This document shows, in pieces, positions 58,792 to 64,000 of a stretch of 64,000 nucleotides of DNA. Positions within the stretch are counted from its first letter, which is position 1, and each line of letters opens with the position of its first letter. Below the pieces are notes generated by a model. The model made no database searches, was not told where the DNA came from, and worked only from the letters and a program-made list of their open reading frames with translations. Position numbers and translations under genes: made by a program. This DNA comes from Vitrella brassicaformis CCMP3155 (Eukaryota; Protista; Chromerida): assembly GCA_001179505.1 (NCBI GenBank), contig CDMY01000164.1:116852-180851 (forward strand), given 5' to 3'.

Positions 58792-60048
58792 CACCCCGTT
58801 GAAGCCTCCTCCCTTTGATTTGCAATGTTTTAAAATTGACTCCCTCTTTTTTATTTTTATTTGCGAATTTTTAGAATTACTCCTTGGATTTTTCGAGGAG
58901 TTTGGGACGTCATAAAAGAAAAGATGGGGGGGATGTGGGGGGGGCCAAGCCCCTCGTATTTTCGCCCGCGGAAAATGGCTATGTTTAGTGCCGAAGAATG
59001 CGCTCGGCACATCCCCGAGACACAGGAAAAATCGGGGAGAATAGTTGATTGGTTGATTGATTGATTGGTTGATAAATTGTTGGTTCATGTACGTATCATC
59101 CCCGACTGTCTGTCTCTGTGAATGAATGTGATGCCTCTGCCGACACTGTCTGGCTGTTTGTCGGTATGAATTATGTATGCATGTCTCTAGGTTTTGTGTG
59201 TAATCTTATGTCTGTCTTATGTGTGCGTGCGTATATGTGTGCGGACGTGTGAAGGCAAATGGACTGTGTCGACAATACAAACGAGTGTTATTCAGTCCGA
59301 TGTGTGAAGCATATTGGTTTGTGAGAGAAGAATATGGCAAGGAAGATGTGGTTCAAATTGTCTGTTCAAAGTCAACAGAGGTACGTGAGACTGCGATATC
59401 AACAAGATGCAAAAAAAAAACGGGATGGCTCCGCACCGTCGCCTTGACATCTTAGCGTCCACGGGTTGCAGCCAAATTTTTTTATTTTTTCCCCTCTTTT
59501 TCTTCTTGGCGGTTATTGGCGGCTTTTAAAACATGTTCCTTGTTTGTTGTAATTTCTTTAAAATTTCTCCTCGATTTTTTATTTATTTGCGTTGTTTTTT
59601 CTTTTCTATAGCTGATTCCGTTGCGGTTCTGCTCGGACACGTCAAGACGTCATTTTGCCGTCACGTTGCGTGTGCTCCAGCAGATCTCGAGGTTGCTCTT
59701 CCGATCTCAAGCACGCTCCCAACCATCATTCACGAGGCAGTCAGAGTCAGCGCATCAGTGAGTAAAGCCAATGGGCGCGGTGAGCGCTTCTAGGGAAGGG
59801 AATCTCTCCCAACCAACCTCACTGACTCGCCCTGCTTCAAGCAACATAGCTTGGAAGCGAACAGAGAAAAACGGCTAGTAGCAAACCCTGATCGGACGCT
59901 TCTTGCCCACTGGGCGAGCCACACAGCAAAAACGTCAGGCCCGGTTGCATTGAAATAAATTTATGCGGTTTGCCGATTTTTTTAATATTCGGCACATTTG
60001 GGACGTTTTAAAAAATGCGCGATCAGGGGAGGAGGCCTCAACGGTGTG
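58792..60048. mobile_element. longer (1257 bp) non-autonomous member of the hAT-like family
   Basis: Same CACCCCGTTGAAGCCTCCTCCC left TIR. The right TIR has 2 mismatches. TSD CGTCTGAA/CGTGTGAA matches 7 of 8. Subterminal sequence matches 20505-20816. Confidence 0.85.
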
Positions 60049-60170
60049 CGTGTGAATAATGAAACATTGGAGTCACACGAAGTCTTTGTTAAGGTACGGT
60101 ATGTCTGGGTCACACGTGGATCCGCACGCCACACATGCATGCCCAGCTTGGACAGCTCCATCCGTCTAAC

Positions 60171-60343
60171 ATTTTCATCCATTAATGGTGATGTTCGACC
60201 ATGCTTCCTTGTTTGGTGATGAAAAGGCTTGGACAGCTCCACGACCTTTTCATCCATTAATGGTGATGTTCGACCATGCTTCCTTGTTTGGTGATGAAAA
60301 GGCTTGGACAGCTCCACGACCTTTTCATCATTAATGGTGATGT
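60171..60343. repeat. 75-bp tandem repeat, about 2.3 copies
   Basis: ATTAATGGTGATGT recurs at 60181, 60256 and 60330. Confidence 0.9.
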
Positions 60344-61070
60344 CAGCATTCAAAATCCATAACCGTCCGTTGTGTAGATGGTGTGCACTCTGCAAGTGCT
60401 CCACCGCCTACCCAGATTGTTCCAAAAACGATTTCTCCATATATGCATTGATACACTCGCCACGTGTACGTAAGCCAAGCCCGCCCCCCGTTGCCGTCCG
60501 TCCTTATAAATCCAGTTACCGACCGCTCTCACACTTTCTCATGCTCTCATTAGCCGCTGTACGCCCCTCCATGATGCACTCTCTTCGCTCGTCGCTCGGC
60601 TCTTAGCCGAGCGCACACAGAGCAGTGTAAGACCCTCTCGAAACTATATATGCATCACATCATCAACATACTCGTTATACGTTATACACCCCTTCTAGTG
60701 ATATCCTCCGTGATTGAGCCGTCGGCTCGATGGCAGCATCCCTGGCAGACTTCGGCAGTGACGGCAGACCTATGGGCAGACTCCCCGTCAGATGGGCAGG
60801 CCCATCTGACGGGTGGAGGGAAGTTGCTCATCATGGCGCCCTCGCCTGTGGCTTCGGCCTCCTCTGGGCCGGCAGGGATGTTGTCAGAAAGTAGAGAGGG
60901 GTGATGTCTCCGGAGGGAGCGGCCTTGCGGTCTTGACGGCGAGAGTTGAAGTACCTCTGGGGCAGGGCAGGAGGCTTGGATGCTTGCTTGTTGAAGACAA
61001 GAGGGAAATCGAGAGCGATGATTTTGTTCCGACCAGATGACGCAGAATGGGCGGAAATGACGACCTGAAT

Positions 61071-61140
61071 ATTCCCATGGGAATGACCATTCCCGTGGGA
61101 ATATTCCATTCCCGTGTGAATAATCCATTCCCGTGGGAAT
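61071..61140. repeat. array of four 14-bp palindromes ATTCCCRTGGGAAT, period 18-19 bp
   Basis: Copies at 61071, 61089, 61108 (one mismatch) and 61127. Confidence 0.9.
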
Positions 61141-62031
61141 AATAGCCTGGCCGGCCAGTCATTTTTTCTCGGCCAGGGACACAACACTGTCCTGAGCGGC
61201 CACTCAACCCGCACGCACCATTGATCCTTTTTATTTGAAAAATGAGTCATAACAGCCGCATTTGCCTCTTTGAATCAGTAAAAGCGGAGGCTACAGCGAC
61301 ACGTCGCCATCACCTTCGAACAGAACATTGAACAAATGACTGTACTTATGTCGCCGTGCTTCTGGCGTGCGCCAGAAGCGTAATGTTGCATGTCTCTGCA
61401 AAGCGTCTCACAGCAAACAATGCCACACGTCAACCGGCGTGGTGCGAGGCCTTTCTGCGGCGAGGTATTTCGGCATGGTGATGTTCTGCATGTCAAGACC
61501 AAACTTCCCTTCTTGCTCCTCCTTCATTTTTACAGCAGCTGTGCGCTTGATGTCGTCTGTCAGAACCTAGTTGTGATAGGTTGCCTGTTGTGATGTTCTT
61601 TTGTGTGAGACTTCTCATTCATGATATTGGAGCCAGCTCCTGTCCGTCGAGCTGATGAAGCACCACGCGTCCCAAGTGGCGAGTCGTCACAAGGCGCGGC
61701 GGCCGCCAGAGGGCCACGGAGGGCCAGCGCGTTTCTCGAGGACTTCGTCTTCGGCGGGGCACACAGGCCACACACCAGCCCCTCTTCGGGGCTGTGAGGT
61801 GGGTGGCTCGATCTCAGTGCAGTGTGTATGTGTGTATCGTGATGCATGTCTCACGCTTGTTTGCAGTGTCGACATGTGAACTTCGTCCCCGCTCAAATCT
61901 TTACACACCAATGCGCATGATAATCTTATGCATGTATACATGTCGTGTTGTAGCGTTTGCAACTTCTTTTTTTTTATTCCTTACTCCCAGCATAACACAG
62001 GACAAGATAAGTCCTCCTGACACTCTAGCAC

Positions 62032-64000
62032 TCAGCCCCAGACTTCCTTCTCGGGGCACCTCGCAATTGGGCATTCCGTTATGGGCAGAACAGGCAACTT
62101 CTCACAACTCGAGGGATTTTGACAGGTGACATCAAGCGCACGAATGCCCGAATAGCTCGTCGAATACCGCCAAGCACGGAGAGCGTTGCCGGTGGAGGGA
62201 CACACGCGATTGACTTCCCTGGATCCAAAGACAGAGAGATGCAGCTTGTATGCGGTGTTGTGCTGCTCACTCACTGGCTTACCCCGAATCTGTCGCGTCA
62301 ACCAATCGAGGAGACGCAATACTCACTAGATACTTGCCGCCCGCCAGTCTCTGGCAGGATGAGACGAAATCCGCCCGTGTGAGGTCAAACTGGAAGACCT
62401 GCTCCGTATCAGCCACCCAACGACTCGGATCTCCATATGGTCTCCCGTACTTTCGAATCTCCGGCGTCCGAAACTCCTGCCATAGCAAAGCAGGCAAAAG
62501 GGAGAAATTCACTCGATATTCAAGACCCTTGCATGCCCATGTCAGCACCTGACAACAGCTTCCCTCTGCCAAACACCCATTGTTCAGCAGGACGAAGTTG
62601 CGCGTCGGCGACACGTCACATCTCGCCTCCTTGATGGCACCGAGCAAAGTTGTACTGAAGCGAATGTCATTGAAGCTCCACTTGGCACTGTGGCTGGTGT
62701 AGAGGACGCGATTAGCGTCAAACGGGTCCGCGCGATAGTTGAAGGGACGGCCATAACGGAACAGAAAATCGCCTTTGGATGTGGCTGCCTCGGCGGTGGT
62801 GATGGAGCGGTCGATTACGTAGATTTCGCTTGTGTGACTGATGAGACAGCGCATAAGAGCAGCAAAAGGACAGCATAGAAGAGACAAAGCGTGACGCTCT
62901 CACCGGGACGATATCATGATCTGGTCCAGCTGCTCGTTGTAGTCGAGTGAGTTCCAGTGAAGCCAGTCCACTGAAATTGAAAAGCTTATGTCCCTCGCTG
63001 TCACGGGCGGGATATTGATATCCAGTCTGTAGTAGTAGTCGTCTGGATGGTCGCAGTAAGGGACGTAATTGTCCTTGCTCCGGTCAAAATCCTGGACCAC
63101 AAGAGCGATACAGAGACAAAGGGGGAAGCCACACACTTACCTGGATCAGGTGGTCCCACATTCTCCAACCTGCCAGTGCACGACAGAATTTAATGGCAGA
63201 CAGCGTGATTTACACAAACATAATTCTGCTGTGGTGCCTCTCATCCTATACTTACGCCACACTTCTTCTGCTGATTTCTTGCCGACCGGCGTGACCTCGA
63301 CGATCTCCTCTGTCAGAAGATAGCCCGACTTGTTTTGGTTGTCTGGTACGTCTCGTGCAGGGTCGCGGCCGGCCTGAATGGCCTCAGCGTAGTCCTTGAC
63401 GACCCACAGGAGGTACAAGATGTTGCCGTTCGGCAGCTCAATTGCCTCGTGGTGCTGAATGGCGACGCGCCCCCTCTCGAATTTTGTGGTGTTGAACTCC
63501 CACTCAATCTGTATATATAAAGGTGTATGTGTGCATCTCTTTCGTCAGTGCAGTTTCCGTACCTCATCGTTGTGATTGACCATTTGCAGGATGCCAGCGC
63601 GCCCACCGTACGGGAAAACCGGATCCTGACGCAGAGGGGGCCGAGTGATGTCAGTGGCAGCCCGAAGGAGCCAGCCATTCCTCATGATGGAGGCTGAACC
63701 AGACGCCGGCGGACCAGCCGCTATGTTGAAGGTCTTGGCGACGCACAAGTTCGAATCATAGAGATACGCCACGTTGGTCCCGAGGGGCGCCCACAAAGTC
63801 AGCTGGTCCATACCTTTCCCTGGCATGCTGCCTCCACGTCCGGTGTTCTCGCTGAGGACTGATAATACTGAGGCCACACAAAAAGGCAGCCGTTCCATCT
63901 GTGCCAGTCCTATGGCATGTGCGGTCATCTCTGTGCATGGCTGACCACCTGATGTGTTGGAGGTGAGGTTGCCCTGATGCATGGAAGTATCCACGTCATC
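62032..64000 (-). CDS. aryl-sulfate sulfotransferase (ASST-type beta-propeller), multi-exon, 5' end outside the window
   Basis: RNGWLLR..YGGRAG../IEWEF..QHHEAIELPNGNILYL..EAIQAGRDP..EIVEVTP..VWR/WRMWDHLIQ/DFD..DIN..DWLHWNSLDYNEQLDQIMISSR/HTSEIYVID..GDFLFRYGRP..SHSAKW..LLNNG..CQRL..RAWRY. Five phase-consistent GT-AG introns. Confidence 0.88.

Noticed and set aside
60171-60343. CRISPR-like 75-bp periodicity
   Set aside because: The whole unit repeats, with no unique spacers.
61071-61140. CRISPR-like palindromic repeat array
   Set aside because: Repeats are 14 bp with 4-5-bp linkers, there are no spacers or cas genes, and the context is eukaryotic.

Overview
This window is intron-rich eukaryotic nuclear DNA with short GT-AG introns, GC-rich exons and (GT)n/(CA)n-rich introns. 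No rRNA, tRNA or CRISPR array was seen. The gene content (lineage-expanded F-box-like and BTB+TLDc families, AP2 domains, a nuclear FTR variable subunit) and sequence style suggest a chromerid alga such as Vitrella brassicaformis; this is inference, not a database result. Recognisable genes are a GT92 glycosyltransferase, a BTB+2xTLDc protein, a CE4/NodB polysaccharide deacetylase, the ferredoxin-thioredoxin reductase variable subunit, an Ig/ASH-like protein, a decayed AP2-domain gene, a GT34 glycosyltransferase, an MTG1/RbgA GTPase and a bacterial-type aryl-sulfate sulfotransferase (ASST) with spliceosomal introns. Mobile DNA includes a full-length decayed Ty1/copia element (42597-52289, 5-bp TSD), hAT-like elements with 8-bp TSDs, a Tc1/mariner-like MITE, a foldback element, two PIF1/Helitron-like helicase remnants, and about 3-kb mirrored repeat arms around the deacetylase. 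The strongest leads are: (i) four glycan-building or glycan-tailoring enzymes (GT92, CE4, GT34, ASST) within 56 kb, three of them lower in GC and next to TE debris; (ii) the inverted-repeat-bounded deacetylase cassette; (iii) an FG-repeat exon inside an F-box-like family protein; (iv) AP2 and RGG exons recurring as repeat cargo. Splice models, identities and GC values were read by eye.
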